Positions 1 through 12,658 of a stretch of 64,000 nucleotides of DNA are shown in pieces (within the stretch, counting starts at the first letter, position 1; every line of letters begins with the position of its first letter). The stretch comes from Mizuhopecten yessoensis (taxonomy: Eukaryota), in the NCBI RefSeq assembly GCF_002113885.1, contig NW_018406931.1:243253-307252 (forward strand), read 5' to 3'. The notes beneath the pieces were generated by a model. That model did not search any database. It was not told the origin of the DNA and saw only the letters and a list, made by a program, of their open reading frames with translations. The translations under genes and the position numbers were made by a program.

Positions 1-3000
1 CTTGACAGAGACTTACATGTACACCTACCACACTGAAGACTTGACAGAGACTTACTGGTACACCTACCACACTGAAGGCTTGACAGAGACTTACTGGTAC
101 ACCTACCACACTGAAGGCTTGACAGAGACTTACATGTACACCTTCCACACTGAAGAACTTGAAAGAGACTTACATGTACACCTACCACACTGAAGAACTT
201 GACAGAGACTTATATGTACACCTACCACACTGAAGACTTGACAGAGACCTACTGGTACACCCACCACACTGAAGAACTTGACAGAGACTTACATGTACAC
301 CTACCAGGTTTGACAGGGACTTACCGGTACACCTACCACACTGAAGGCTTGACTGAGACTTACCAGTACACCTACCACACTGAAGGCTTGGCAGGGACTT
401 ACTGGTACACCTACCACACTGAAGAATTGACAGAGACATACTGGTACACCCACCACACTGAAGAACTTGACAGAGACTTACATGTACACCTACCAGGTTT
501 GACAGGGACTTACCGGTACACCTACCACACTGAAGGCTTGACTGAGACTTACCAGTACGCCTACCACACTGAAGGCTTGACAGAGACTTACATGTACACC
601 TTCCACACTGAAGAACTTGAAAGAGACTTACATGTACCCCTACCACACTGAAGAACTTGACAGAGACTTATATGTACCCCTACCACCCTGAAGACTTGAC
701 AGAGACTTACTGGTACAACTGCCACACTGAAGGCTTGACAGAGACTTACATGTACACATTCCACACTGAAGAACTTGAAAGAGACTTACAGGTACACCTA
801 CCACACTGAGGGTTTGACAGAGACTTACCGGTACCCCTACCTCACTGAAGGCTTGACAGAGACTTACTGGTACACCTCCCACACTGAAGGCTTGACAGAG
901 ACTTACATGTACACCTTCCACACTGAAGAACTTGAAAGAGACTTACATGTACCCCTACCACACTGAGGGTTTGACAGAGACTTACTGGTACACCTACCAC
1001 TCTGAAGGCTTGACAGAGACTTACTGGTACACCTATCACACTGAAAACTTGACAGAGACTTACCAGTACAACTACCACACTGAAGATTTTGACAGAGACT
1101 TATATGTACACCTACCACACTGAAGACTTGACAGAGACTTACCAGTACACCTACCACGCTGAAGGCTTGGCAGGGACTTACTGGTACACCTACCACACTG
1201 AAGAATTGACAGAGACATACTGGTACACCCACCACACTGAAGAACTTGACAGAGACTTACATGTACACCTACCAGGTTTGACAGGGACTTACCGGTACAC
1301 CTACCACACTGAAGGCTTGACTGAGACTTACCAGTACACCTACCACACTGAAGCCTTGAGAGAGACTTACCAGTACACCTACCACACTGAAGGCTTGGCA
1401 GGGACTTACTGGTACACCTACCACACTGAAGAATTGACAGAGACATACTGGTACACCCACCACACTGAAGAACTTGACAGAGACTTACATGTACACCTAC
1501 CACACTGAAGGCTTGCGGTACACCTACCTCACTGAAGGCTTGACAGAGACTTACTGGTACACCTCCCACACTGAAGGCTTGACAGAGACTTACATGTACA
1601 CATTCCACACTGAAGAACTTGAAAGAGACTTACATGTACACCTACCACACTGAGGGTTTGACAGAGACTTACCGGTACACCTACCTCACTGAAGGCTTGA
1701 CAGAGACTTAGTGCTACACCTACCACACTGAAGGCTTGACAGAGACTTACTGGTACACCTACAGTACACCTACCACACTGAAGGCTTGACAGAGACTTAC
1801 CGGTACACCTACCTCACTGAAGGCTTGACAGAGACTTACTGGTACACCTACAGTACACCTACCACACTGAAGGCTTGACAGAGACTTAGTGGTACACCTA
1901 CCACACTGAGGGCTTAACAGAGACTTACTGGTACACCTACCACACTGAAGGCTTGACAGATACTTACCGGTACACCTACCACACTAAAAACTTGACAGAG
2001 ACTTAGTGGTACACCTACCACACTGAAGACTTGACAGAGACTTAGTGGTACACCTACCACACTGAAGGCTTGACAGAGACTTACCGGTACACCTACCACA
2101 CTGAAGGCTTGACAGAGACTTACTGGTACCCCTACCACACTGAAGGCTTGACAGAGACTTACATGTACACCTACCACACTGAGGGTTTGACAGAGACTTA
2201 CCGGCACACCTACCACACTGAAGGCTTGACAGAGACTTACTGGTACCCCTACCACACTGAAGGCTTGACAGAGACTTACATGTACACCTACCACACTGAG
2301 GGTTTGACAGAGACTTACCGGCACACCTACCACACTGAAGGCTTGACAGAGACTTACCAGTACACCTACCACACTGAAGGCTTGACAGAGACTTACTGGT
2401 ACACCTACCACACTGAAGATTTTGACAGATACTTATATGTACACCTACCATACTGAAGATTTTGACAGAGACTTATATGTACACCTACCACACTGAAGCC
2501 TTGTCAGAGACTTACTGGTACACCTACCACACTAAAGGCTACCACACTGAAGGCTTGACAGAGACTTACCATTACACCTACCACACTGAGGGCTTGACAG
2601 AGACTTAGTGGTACATCTACCACACTCAAGAACTTGACAGAGACTTACTGGTACGCCTACCACACTGAAGGCTTGACAGAGACTTACTGTTTCACCTACC
2701 ACACTGAAGGCTTGACAGAAACTTACTGGTACACCTACCACACTGAATGCTTGACAGAGACTTACCAGTACACCTACCACACTGAAGGCTTGACCGAGAC
2801 TTACCAGTACACCTACCACACTGAGGGCTTGACAGAGACTTAGTGGTACATCTACCACACTGAAGAACTTGACAGAGACTTACTGGTACACCTACCACAC
2901 TAAAGGCTTGACAGAGACTTACATGTACACCTACCGCACTGAAGAACTTGACAGAGACTTACATGTACACCTACCACACTGAAGGCTTGACAGAGACTTA

Positions 3001-5706
3001 CTGGTACACCTACCACACTGAAGGCTTGACAGAGACTTACTGGTACACCTACCACACTGAAGGCTTGACAGAGACTTACTGGTACACCTACCACACTGAA
3101 GGCTTGACAGAGACTTACTGGTACACCTACCACACTGAAGGCTTGACAGAGACTTACTGGTACACCTACCACACTGAAGGCTTGACAGAGACTTACTGGT
3201 ACACCTACCACACTGAAGGCTTGACAGAGACTTACTGGTACACCTACCACACTGAAGGCTTGACAGAGACTTACTGGTACACCTACCACACTGAAGGCTT
3301 GACAGAGACTTACTGGTACACCTACCACACTGAAGGCTTGACAGAGACTTACTGGTACACCTACCACACTGAAGGCTTGACAGAGACTTACTGGTACACC
3401 TACCACACTGAAGGCTTGACAGAGACTTACTGGTACACCTACCACACTGAAGGCTTGACAGAGACTTACTGGTACACCTACCACACTGAAGGCTTGACAG
3501 AGACTTACTGGTACACCTACCACACTGAAGGCTTGACAGAGACTTACTGGTACACCTACCACACTGAAGGCTTGACAGAGACTTACTGGTACACCTACCA
3601 CACTGAAGGCTTGACAGAGACTTACTGGTACACCTACCACACTGAAGGCTTGACAGAGACTTACTGGTACACCTACCACACTGAAGGCTTGACAGAGACT
3701 TACTGGTACACCTACCACACTGAAGGCTTGACAGAGACTTACTGGTACACCTACCACACTGAAGGCTTGACAGAGACTTACTGGTACACCTACCACACTG
3801 AAGGCTTGACAGAGACTTACTGGTACACCTACCACACTGAAGGCTTGACAGAGACTTACTGGTACACCTACCACACTGAAGGCTTGACAGAGACTTACTG
3901 GTACACCTACCACACTGAAGGCTTGACAGAGACTTACTGGTACACCTACCACACTGAAGGCTTGACAGAGACTTACTGGTACACCTACCACACTGAAGGC
4001 TTGACAGAGACTTACTGGTACACCTACCACACTGAAGGCTTGACAGAGACTTACTGGTACACCTACCACACTGAAGGCTTGACAGAGACTTACTGGTACA
4101 CCTACCACACTGAAGGCTTGACAGAGACTTACTGGTACACCTACCACACTGAAGGCTTGACAGAGACTTACTGGTACACCTACCACACTGAAGGCTTGAC
4201 AGAGACTTACTGGTACACCTACCACACTGAAGGCTTGACAGAGACTTACTGGTACACCTACCACACTGAAGGCTTGACAGAGACTTACTGGTACACCTAC
4301 CACACTGAAGGCTTGACAGAGACTTACTGGTACACCTACCACACTGAAGGCTTGACAGAGACTTACTGGTACACCTACCACACTGAAGGCTTGACAGAGA
4401 CTTACTGGTACACCTACCACACTGAAGGCTTGACAGAGACTTACTGGTACACCTACCACACTGAAGGCTTGACAGAGACTTACTGGTACACCTACCACAC
4501 TGAAGGCTTGACAGAGACTTACTGGTACACCTACCACACTGAAGGCTTGACAGAGACTTACTGGTACACCTACCACACTGAAGGCTTGACAGAGACTTAC
4601 TGGTACACCTACCACACTGAAGGCTTGACAGAGACTTACTGGTACACCTACCACACTGAAGGCTTGACAGAGACTTACTGGTACACCTACCACACTGAAG
4701 GCTTGACAGAGACTTACTGGTACACCTACCACACTGAAGGCTTGACAGAGACTTACTGGTACACCTACCACACTGAAGGCTTGACAGAGACTTACTGGTA
4801 CACCTACCACACTGAAGGCTTGACAGAGACTTACTGGTACACCTACCACACTGAAGGCTTGACAGAGACTTACTGGTACACCTACCACACTGAAGGCTTG
4901 ACAGAGACTTACTGGTACACCTACCACACTGAAGGCTTGACAGAGACTTACTGGTACACCTACCACACTGAAGGCTTGACAGAGACTTACTGGTACACCT
5001 ACCACACTGAAGGCTTGACAGAGACTTACTGGTACACCTACCACACTGAAGGCTTGACAGAGACTTACTGGTACACCTACCACACTGAAGGCTTGACAGA
5101 GACTTACTGGTACACCTACCACACTGAAGGCTTGACAGAGACTTACTGGTACACCTACCACACTGAAGGCTTGACAGAGACTTACTGGTACACCTACCAC
5201 ACTGAAGGCTTGACAGAGACTTACTGGTACACCTACCACACTGAAGGCTTGACAGAGACTTACTGGTACACCTACCACACTGAAGGCTTGACAGAGACTT
5301 ACTGGTACACCTACCACACTGAAGGCTTGACAGAGACTTACTGGTACACCTACCACACTGAAGGCTTGACAGAGACTTACTGGTACACCTACCACACTGA
5401 AGGCTTGACAGAGACTTACTGGTACACCTACCACACTGAAGGCTTGACAGAGACTTACATGTACACCTACCACACTGAAGAACTTGAAAGAGACTTACAT
5501 GTACACCTACCACACTGAAGAACTTGACAGAGACTTACTGGTACACCTACCACACTGAAGGCTAGACAGAGACTTACTGGTACACCTACCACACTGAAGG
5601 CTTGACAGAGACTTACAGGTACACCTACCACACTGAAGGCTTGACAGAGACTTACAGGTACACCTACCACACTGAAGAACTTAATGGAGACTTACCACAT
5701 TGAAGA
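1..5706. repeat. 39-bp minisatellite array (consensus TTGACAGAGACTTACTGGTACACCTACCACACTGAAGGC) in SLC35C1 intron 4; truncated by window edge
   Basis: About 145 tandem units. 63 identical copies lie at 2987-5443, flanked by degenerate units with 40-bp and 32-bp variants. The last partial unit overlaps the exon end at 5696-5706. Confidence 0.98.
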
Positions 5707-5812
5707 CGGTGCTGAGAGAGCGTCCAACATAGTAGAAAGCCACTCCCACATACTTCAGACATAGATTATTGCATGTAATCATTGACACAAAGATAATGGA
5801 CAATGGTAAAAC
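5696..5812 (-). CDS. SLC35C1: GDP-fucose transporter 1, coding exon 4 (gene continues beyond left edge)
   Basis: ttttgcag|...|gtaagt. 117 bp encoding [39 protein letters not shown], the hallmark SLC35C1 segment ([23 protein letters not shown]). Confidence 0.95.
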
Positions 5813-6509
5813 CTGCAAAAATAAATAGATCAGTTCAGCAACAGATATATAACATAATTACATTATAATTCAGAAAAGATACTAAGATGCTGCATGGTAT
5901 TTAAAACATTATTCCTCATTCAAATACTGTTAATATTACAACCAAAAATATATTTTAAGTGTATATTTGTATAGAACATATCTATCTGCTTGCCAACTTT
6001 TTGAAATTCCATGGGGAAATAGCATGTGCTCAGAATTAAAACTATAAATAAAATGTGGTTACCAGGTATGTACACCTCAGGGGAAAATAATACTTTTGAA
6101 TGGCGATTTTTGAGCTGTTCTTTCATATGAAATCATCAGATCTTTGAAAATAGGAATAGTTTACAAATTCACTTGTTGAAAATGCTCAATTTCAGGGTCC
6201 AAAGTGGGGAGTCTCCCTCGATAATAGGGAGATTTGGCAAGTATGTGCTTGTTCTAAGCCTCAGTACGTTCAATGCAAGTTACTGGAAATAATACTTAAA
6301 ATATTTTCAAAACAATCAAATGAGCTTGAAAAAAAATCCAACAAATGGGAAACACACTGGGCCATCTATTGTAACTTAGAATAAATAAAAATGGGCTGTT
6401 CAACAATAATAGTGGCCAATAGCCTCATAGTCCTCTCTTAAATGACCCATGATAATGTGGAATGGTCATATACTTTAACGTTAAATCCTCTAACAACATC
6501 CTAACTTAC

Positions 6510-6650
6510 TGATCTGCTGAGTTTGAGGTCAATCTCCGTGGATGGGAATGAGATCATGGACGGGAAAAATTTGGCCAACACTCGTAGGATTATACACAGA
6601 AGAACGGTCACCACACACTGGTACCATGTCACAAACAAGGGCGCGTTCAG
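6510..6650 (-). CDS. SLC35C1: GDP-fucose transporter 1, coding exon 3
   Basis: tttgtag|...|gtaagt. 141 bp, phase 0, encoding LNAPLFVTWYQCVVTVLLCIILRVLAKFFPSMISFPSTEIDLKLSRS. Confidence 0.93.
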
Positions 6651-7209
6651 CTACAAACAGCATAAGGTCAACATCATTATATTAATCAATATCCTCATTC
6701 ATATTGTCAGTAAGAGTAAAATACAACATTTCATACATTTTTAACTTTACCCTCCTTGTACAAGGCCCAATGAACCTATCAGGCTGTATGTATGTAATAC
6801 ACAAACTCTTTTACATATGAATGACAGAGTATTATATAATAAATACATGTATATCTATACATATATAATTATTATTATAAATTGTTATATTATTATCTAA
6901 CTATTCTTTTTATTACCCTAAAGTCGTATATAAACAGTAGTTTTCTTTGAAAATATGATGTTATTGTTCTATTTTACTGTTGTAGATAATATAAATCCTT
7001 TGTTGTTATTTATCGCTAGGCAGGGCAGTTTTTTTGTACTTGAGGTATCTTTTGAACATTGTAAAATTTGCCGAGACTCCCCATTGTATGTTGTCTGGTC
7101 ATCTCTTCCTTGAACAGTGGGACTGGGTACGTTTTGTAGGAGATCCATTAGTGTAAGACTTAAATATCTGTGTCCAAAAAACCACATCTATTGACATTAC
7201 GTGTATTAC

Positions 7210-7270
7210 CTTGAGTTCAGGGCTGCTGAGGAGGTACTTGTTGGTGAAAACCATTGTAATGGATATCATC
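7210..7270 (-). CDS. SLC35C1: GDP-fucose transporter 1, coding exon 2
   Basis: ttttcag|...|gtaata. 61 bp. Completes the split Trp codon, then encodes MISITMVFTNKYLLSSPELK. Confidence 0.92.
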
Positions 7271-7426
7271 CTGAAAAGAAGAGCAATCTGTCATTAGATA
7301 CGAAAGATTAGACTTTCAAAAATAATACAAAAAAAAAAAAAATATTACTGATACTAAGTTAACACACAGATGTAATTTGTTTTTAAAAGCAAACTATTAA
7401 GATATTTTCGGGGTCTTATTTCTGTA

Positions 7427-7790
7427 CCAAAAGCTTAAGAAGAATCCTGCACATTTTCTGGCCAAACAAAATAACTAATGTAGACCTACTTAGGCAGTGT
7501 AATCAGGAAAGTATGTCTACAATATTAATTAGAAGGCGTTGGAAATGGATTGGACATGTGATAAGAAGAGATAGGAATTCCTTCACCATAACAGCATTGC
7601 ATTGGACTCCAGAAGGGAAGCGCAAGCGTGAAAGACCAACAAATACATGGAGACGTACTGTAGAAGGAGAGATGAAGACCATGAATAACACCTGGGGAAC
7701 AATAGAAAAGATGGCCAAAGACAGACAGAAATGGAGGACCTTTGTTGCTGCCCTACATATGCCAACGGCATAATGGGCAGTAAGCAAGTA
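7427..7790 (+). mobile_element. 5'-truncated RTE-clade LINE fragment
   Basis: Translates to KSLRRILHIFWPNKITN...RRRWKWIGHVIRR...ALHWTPEGKRKRERPTNTWRRTV...WRTFVAAL, a typical RTE ORF C-terminus. Short TAAG/CAAG tail. 9-bp TSD ATTTCTGTA at 7418-7426 and 7791-7799. Confidence 0.88.
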
Positions 7791-8753
7791 ATTTCTGTAT
7801 GTGTTCACTACTGTCATTGCCCTTTCTGTGTTTTGCCAGATGTCATAAATTTAGGGGTAGCAAATATCAACACTTCCTTTATGTCTGCAAGGAGCTCTCC
7901 GGAAATAAGGCAAAAAAAGTCAGTTCACTGTGCAGGATTTTTACTTAAATGCAGGTAGAAAAACACCTTTTTCACCAAGACCTTTTTAATAAATCGGAAC
8001 TAAAAAGTTTTCAATGTGATTTTTGTATGACAAAATTTCTTGTCAATTAATTCTCAATATTATATGACTAGTCACATTGTTGAGTTCGTCTGGCTTCTAC
8101 AAATACCATCCAAAAGCAATAATGTTCTCATGTTTTTTTAACTTCCTAATTTTTCATTCTCTTTAGTAACTGTATCCGGTATAAGTAACACATTTTGTTG
8201 TCATTCAAAATATTGCCGAAATAATTTTGTATACATTTTTTTATCTGTAACTCTGGACCATAGTGGTATCACAGTATTTTATATGTACTGTGTAAGCTAT
8301 AAATAGATTGACAAAAAGTGGGCACACAGTGGAGGAATTTACTTTGTTGTCTTAGTCGTGAAGTGATTGCATTCGACTGAACAGCCAGTCAGGTTAGATT
8401 GAATACTAGCATTGGTGATAAGGATCTTGAACCACTTTTGCTGTTTAATTTTGCTCTATTTTGTCTGTTCTGAATTTAGCCCAAGGGCTCAGAACCAGGT
8501 CACTCATGCTAGATACTGTTGTCATAGATACTGTATTTTTACCTCGCAAACGTTAGCATACTACTTGATAGCTGAATGGGAATAAAAAAAGACAGTGAAG
8601 TAAGTGTTACTTTTGCTGTTAAACTAGCAACAGAGCAAAGTGGATGCATGAAAGGATAAAAATCCGGCCTAAACATCCTCTAAACACTGACAGTGACACG
8701 CTTAGTTAGTTTCATCCGAGTTATGGTATTTCCACGTGGTAATACGACCTTAC

Positions 8754-8842
8754 CAATATGATGCAACAACGCCCGCAATTTTTGAATACTTTGAAAATAA
8801 CGACTCCATTCTTGGATGTCTGTGATAAATCGTTACAGTCAT
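8754..8842 (-). CDS. SLC35C1: GDP-fucose transporter 1, coding exon 1
   Basis: ATG at 8842, directly after an in-frame TAA (alternative ATG at 8809). Encodes MTVTIYHRHPRMESLFSKYSKIAGVVASY-TG|gtaagg, and the phase matches exon 2. Confidence 0.87.
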
Positions 8843-9200
8843 TTAAAATAACAGTGTTCCCCCTTTGCCTTCCTTGATCTTGCCACGAAGTCGACACAGA
8901 AATCAGGATCAAACATGTGCTTTGTTTACAAGTTGACCTCGTGCCAGATAAGCGCTCTCCTGACGTTGATTCGGGTGTAACTAACTGCACCATATTCACT
9001 TTGGGCATGAGACGGGAAGTGGAGTTATACAGAGATAATAAGCCGATCAACTAATTGGACTCACATCATTTTTCAATCCTCCCTTCTTTTATTGCCTGGT
9101 CTTTTAACGTTAGTAATATTTGAAATCAACATCAAAATATGGAGCACTAAATATCTTAAAATTAACTGGGTAATGAGAGAGAAGGGGGGATGTTCAACAA
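8843..9200. promoter_or_regulatory. Putative shared (bidirectional) promoter of SLC35C1 and TAZ
   Basis: CpG-richer stretch between divergent genes, with an ETS-like CGGGAAGT (~9013) and a CRE half-site TGACGT (8961). The first TAZ coding exon is preceded by a splice acceptor, so an upstream non-coding exon is needed. Confidence 0.4.
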
Positions 9201-9389
9201 CCTTTCTGGTTCAAAAGAACGTATAACCTAGATACATATATATATGATAAGCCATTATGCATATGTGGTTATCTTATGATGTTATCTGGACATTCGTATC
9301 TATATGTGTGACTTTGGTTTATCCACAGGGGCACGCAACTTGCCTATTGGCATTGATCTTGTTAGACTTTCATTTGCTGGGTACGTTAT

Positions 9390-9843
9390 CAGGTCCAGTA
9401 CACTCTGCCGATTGAGCGGCCCCGATTGAGCTATATAGCTGTAAAGACATATAATAGCTCTATTGACCTATCTGAAATAGGTCTTTTGGGCTATTTTCAA
9501 ATGATTTTCTTTTTTAAAGAAAACTTAACAATGTCGCTTTTAAAAGAAGATTGTATCATTAGGTTGATAACAAAAGACATTAAATATAAGTATTCTTTTT
9601 AAAAAATAATGATGTAAAAAAAATCGGAAATTTTACATTTATGAAAAATAGAAATAAACATCTAACTGTATGCTCTTTGTAGTCAACATTACCATAAACC
9701 TTATTGTTTTATGCGACTTTGCTTTAATTTAATGAAATTTGAATTCTGAGAAAATATAGCTCAATACAGCTATAATTTATAGGTGTATATAGCGATAAAG
9801 GTCTTTATAGCTATATAGATCACGGCAGAGTGTCCTGGACCTG
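9390..9843. mobile_element. Non-autonomous DNA transposon (MITE) with 21-bp TIRs and 5-bp TSD
   Basis: TIR CAGGTCCAG(T/G)ACACTCTGCCG with 1 mismatch, subterminal inverted CTATATAGCT motifs, and GTTAT duplicated at 9385-9389 and 9844-9848. Confidence 0.85.
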
Positions 9844-9999
9844 GTTATAACATGCCCAGCGACTGAATAGTCTAACAAGATCAATATTGATACTAGTGGC
9901 GTGGCCTTGAGCCCCATGAAAGACAACGATAACAAATATATAAACAATATATATAAAACATGTAACAAACTCACATTATATACGAACACACATAATACT

Positions 10000-10425
10000 A
10001 TGTGTGCAATGATTACAGCAGATACAGTAGTATATCCAAAATGATGGAGAAACTTAAATGGCAACCGCTATCAGAACGCAGACAAGACCAGCGTTTAGTA
10101 TTACTCCACAAAATAGTTCACGGCCTCATGGCCATACCCGCTGACCCGCTATTCCAGTTAAATACCAGACCATCTAGAACACAGCACAGTAAATCCATCA
10201 AAGTGCTTTAAGTTGTAACACCGACATATATAAGAACTCATTTGTACCATCTACCATAAAAGACTGGAATGTGCTACCATCGCACATAATAATCAACTGT
10301 AAAACAACGGACAATTTAAGGCCACTGTTGTGACCAAAATTGACTAAGATTGATACAGCGCACTCTCTCACCCTGGATAAACTTTGCTCAGTAGTGAGCT
10401 AATTTCCAGTAAATAAACAGATACT
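10000..10425 (+). mobile_element. Degenerate 3' end of a non-LTR retrotransposon (CR1/RTE-X-like)
   Basis: NDYSRYSSISKMMEKLKWQPLSERR...LHKIVHGL, then after a frameshift YKNSFVPSTIKDWNVLP (S-F-x-P-x-T-I-x-D-W-N-x-L-P LINE C-terminal motif). Confidence 0.75.
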
Positions 10426-10502
10426 AGACAAGCATTTCGTATGTTCGTTTATACAGTCTATTTGTATAGCAGAAATGATCGACTGGGTCTATTATTGTCT
10501 GT

Positions 10503-10575
10503 GGTCGGGCAGTTCAATTGGTACAACATCCGTCTAGAGTTTGAGAGGTCCTGAGTTTGAATCCTGGTCTAGCCA
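10503..10575 (+). mobile_element. tRNA-derived SINE head (degenerate)
   Basis: A-box/B-box-like tRNA-shaped sequence, with related diverged copies at ~11940-12003 (-), 21688-21757 (+) and ~39710-39776 (-). Confidence 0.6.
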
Positions 10576-11402
10576 TTAATTGCATTTGTTAGAAGCCCCA
10601 GTGCTGAAAGATGGTATACTATGATGCACCAAGCATGCTGCATTTAAATAAATTGATTTAATCTTTATGTTATTTCTTTACAATTATTTTATTTGTTTAA
10701 ACCCCAAAACAATTAATGAAAATATATTCATTTTTGTATTGCCATTTCAAAATCATATTGCTAGACAAATATTACAACATTCATTGCTTATTAGTACATG
10801 TACTGCAATAATATTACCCACCCCTATGAGATAACCTATTATCTAAAGTGTATATACCTAGGTAATGCAGAGCTCTTTTACTGTAGCTGTTGAGAGGCAT
10901 ATACTGACCTTAAATCAAGAAACATGTTGCGATGCGAAACCACTGAAATTGTATTCAAATTCCATGGTAATATATTTTAGCAGATTATAAATAAGAAAAC
11001 AATGCTTAACCCTAGATTGATAAATGAACTTTAGATGATGTGCCATTTTGAACACATTTTTGATGTTATATATTATATTCTCTAGACATGTTATGAATAT
11101 TGAAACTGAAAAGTGTTATAATGGTATAACCTGTCGTAAGCTTTTTTATAACATTAATGTCACAAAACGACACTTCATATGTATTCATAACAGTCAAAAG
11201 TCCATTTTTCTGGTAAAGTATGTTACACAGGCATTTTATTATGATTTTTGTGCATTGCCATAGCAATCATCTTGCTTTGAGGCAGTATGCCTCTCCACTA
11301 TAGCATCTTTAGTGGCTTGTTGATTAAGCCAGTGTATACCTACCAATAATATAGTGTATTAAAGAAAATATCTTTGACATTTTTAAGGTGACAATTAAAA
11401 AG

Positions 11403-11514
11403 ATGCCCCTGGAACCACATATGTGGCAGTTCCCAAAGAAGCTAGACACAGTTTGGAGAATCAAGAGCCGAGTGACAATATCATCTGTTGGTCTTATTAG
11501 CAAGCTTGTCGTCG
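11403..11514 (+). CDS. TAZ: Tafazzin, coding exon 1 (complete CDS 789 bp, 262 aa over 8 exons)
   Basis: MPLEPHMWQFPKKLDTVWRIKSRVTISSVGLISKLVV-G|gtaagt resembles the TAZ N-terminus MPLHVKWPFP. Acceptor ttttaag| at 11387. Confidence 0.9.
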
Positions 11515-11939
11515 GTAAGTATTGCTTTCCTTGATGTTTCAAAGATCACCTATCTACATGATTATTTGAAACACAGACTGAGCTCATTAAGTAAACTCAG
11601 ATTCAGGAAGTTTGGTTGCTGAAAGACAGTTTAATATGGAACCTTGCTCATTTGGATATGCACAGTATTTCATTATAAACATATGTTTTTTAATGACTAT
11701 CTCTGTAACAAGAAAGTGAAAATACATTGGGGCCAGACCCTGCAACCTCTTGATAGACAATTTAATCAATTGAGCTACCTGGTATACGTAGCGAACATCA
11801 CCTGGCCCAGTCCAATAACACACCTCTCTCCTTTTTCTTCTCCCTTTTTTCTTACAAACCAAGTGTGGGTACCCTCTTACCAAGGGTACCCTCAAAACTT
11901 GAAACAAGGCTTGGTCATAGGTACCACAATAATGGAGAG

Positions 11940-12003
11940 TATTCAAACACGGTACCTCCGAACGCTAGATGGACATGCACTCTAACCAATTGAGCTACCT
12001 GGC
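11940..12003 (-). mobile_element. tRNA-derived SINE head (degenerate; partial second copy ~11730-11783)
   Basis: Reverse complement begins CCAGGTAGCTCAATTGG, the same as the copy at 21688. Confidence 0.55.
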
Positions 12004-12532
12004 AGTCAGCCTGCTCTGTCCTGCTACATCTAAGTACATACCCAATCCATGAACATTTATTGAGGAGGAAAAGTGATTGTGTGCACACTGCAAAGGTGCT
12101 ATGTCAGCCAGGGACACAAATCACAAAGGGACATGCACCTTATTGGTGATTTTAGTACCTTTTGAAAAAGGACCTTTGCCACAGACCATAGTTATGGTCA
12201 AAACACAATCAAAGTATTTGTCAATGTATTTAATACAAAACTTTGAAATAATTTGTATGTGGTGAAAATGGGGCATTAATGATGTTTAGAGTTTGTAGTG
12301 TCATTTTGTATTTGTATGTATATTTTTTCAATTTGTGTGATGTATGATAATTTTGGAAAATTGATAACTTATACTATATTCTCTGTTTACTGAGTTTAAT
12401 GACGGTCTTGTTTAGCAAGTTTCAAATTAAGAAATTGGTTCTTTATAGCTAGGGTGAAAATACTATATTCTAGTGTTGTTTGAGATATAACCATTTTATT
12501 GTGGTGTAATGTGTAATTTTCCTTGTTTTCAG

Positions 12533-12658
12533 GATTTAATAATTTTAAGGTTGTGAACAAGCAAACTTTGATAAAGAATATTCAGTCAACTGGAAACGGT
12601 CGTGGACTCATAACAGTAACTAACCACCATAGCTGCCTGGACGACCCAACTTTGTGGG
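12533..12658 (+). CDS. TAZ: Tafazzin, coding exon 2 (catalytic HxxxxD motif)
   Basis: ttttcag|...|gtaaga. Encodes FNNFKVVNKQTLIKNIQSTGNGRGLITVTNHHSCLDDPTLW. Confidence 0.96.

Noticed and set aside
2900-5518. Three ~857-aa ORFs, (LTETYWYTYHTEG)n on plus and two on minus, as real repetitive proteins
   Set aside because: They follow automatically from a stop-free 39-bp unit. There is no synonymous variation, signal peptide or unique terminus, the flanking units frameshift freely (40- and 32-bp variants), and the array lies in an SLC35C1 intron.
1-5700. CRISPR array
   Set aside because: Head-to-tail repeats with no unique spacers, no cas genes and a eukaryotic context. The same applies to the arrays at 13635 and 19293.
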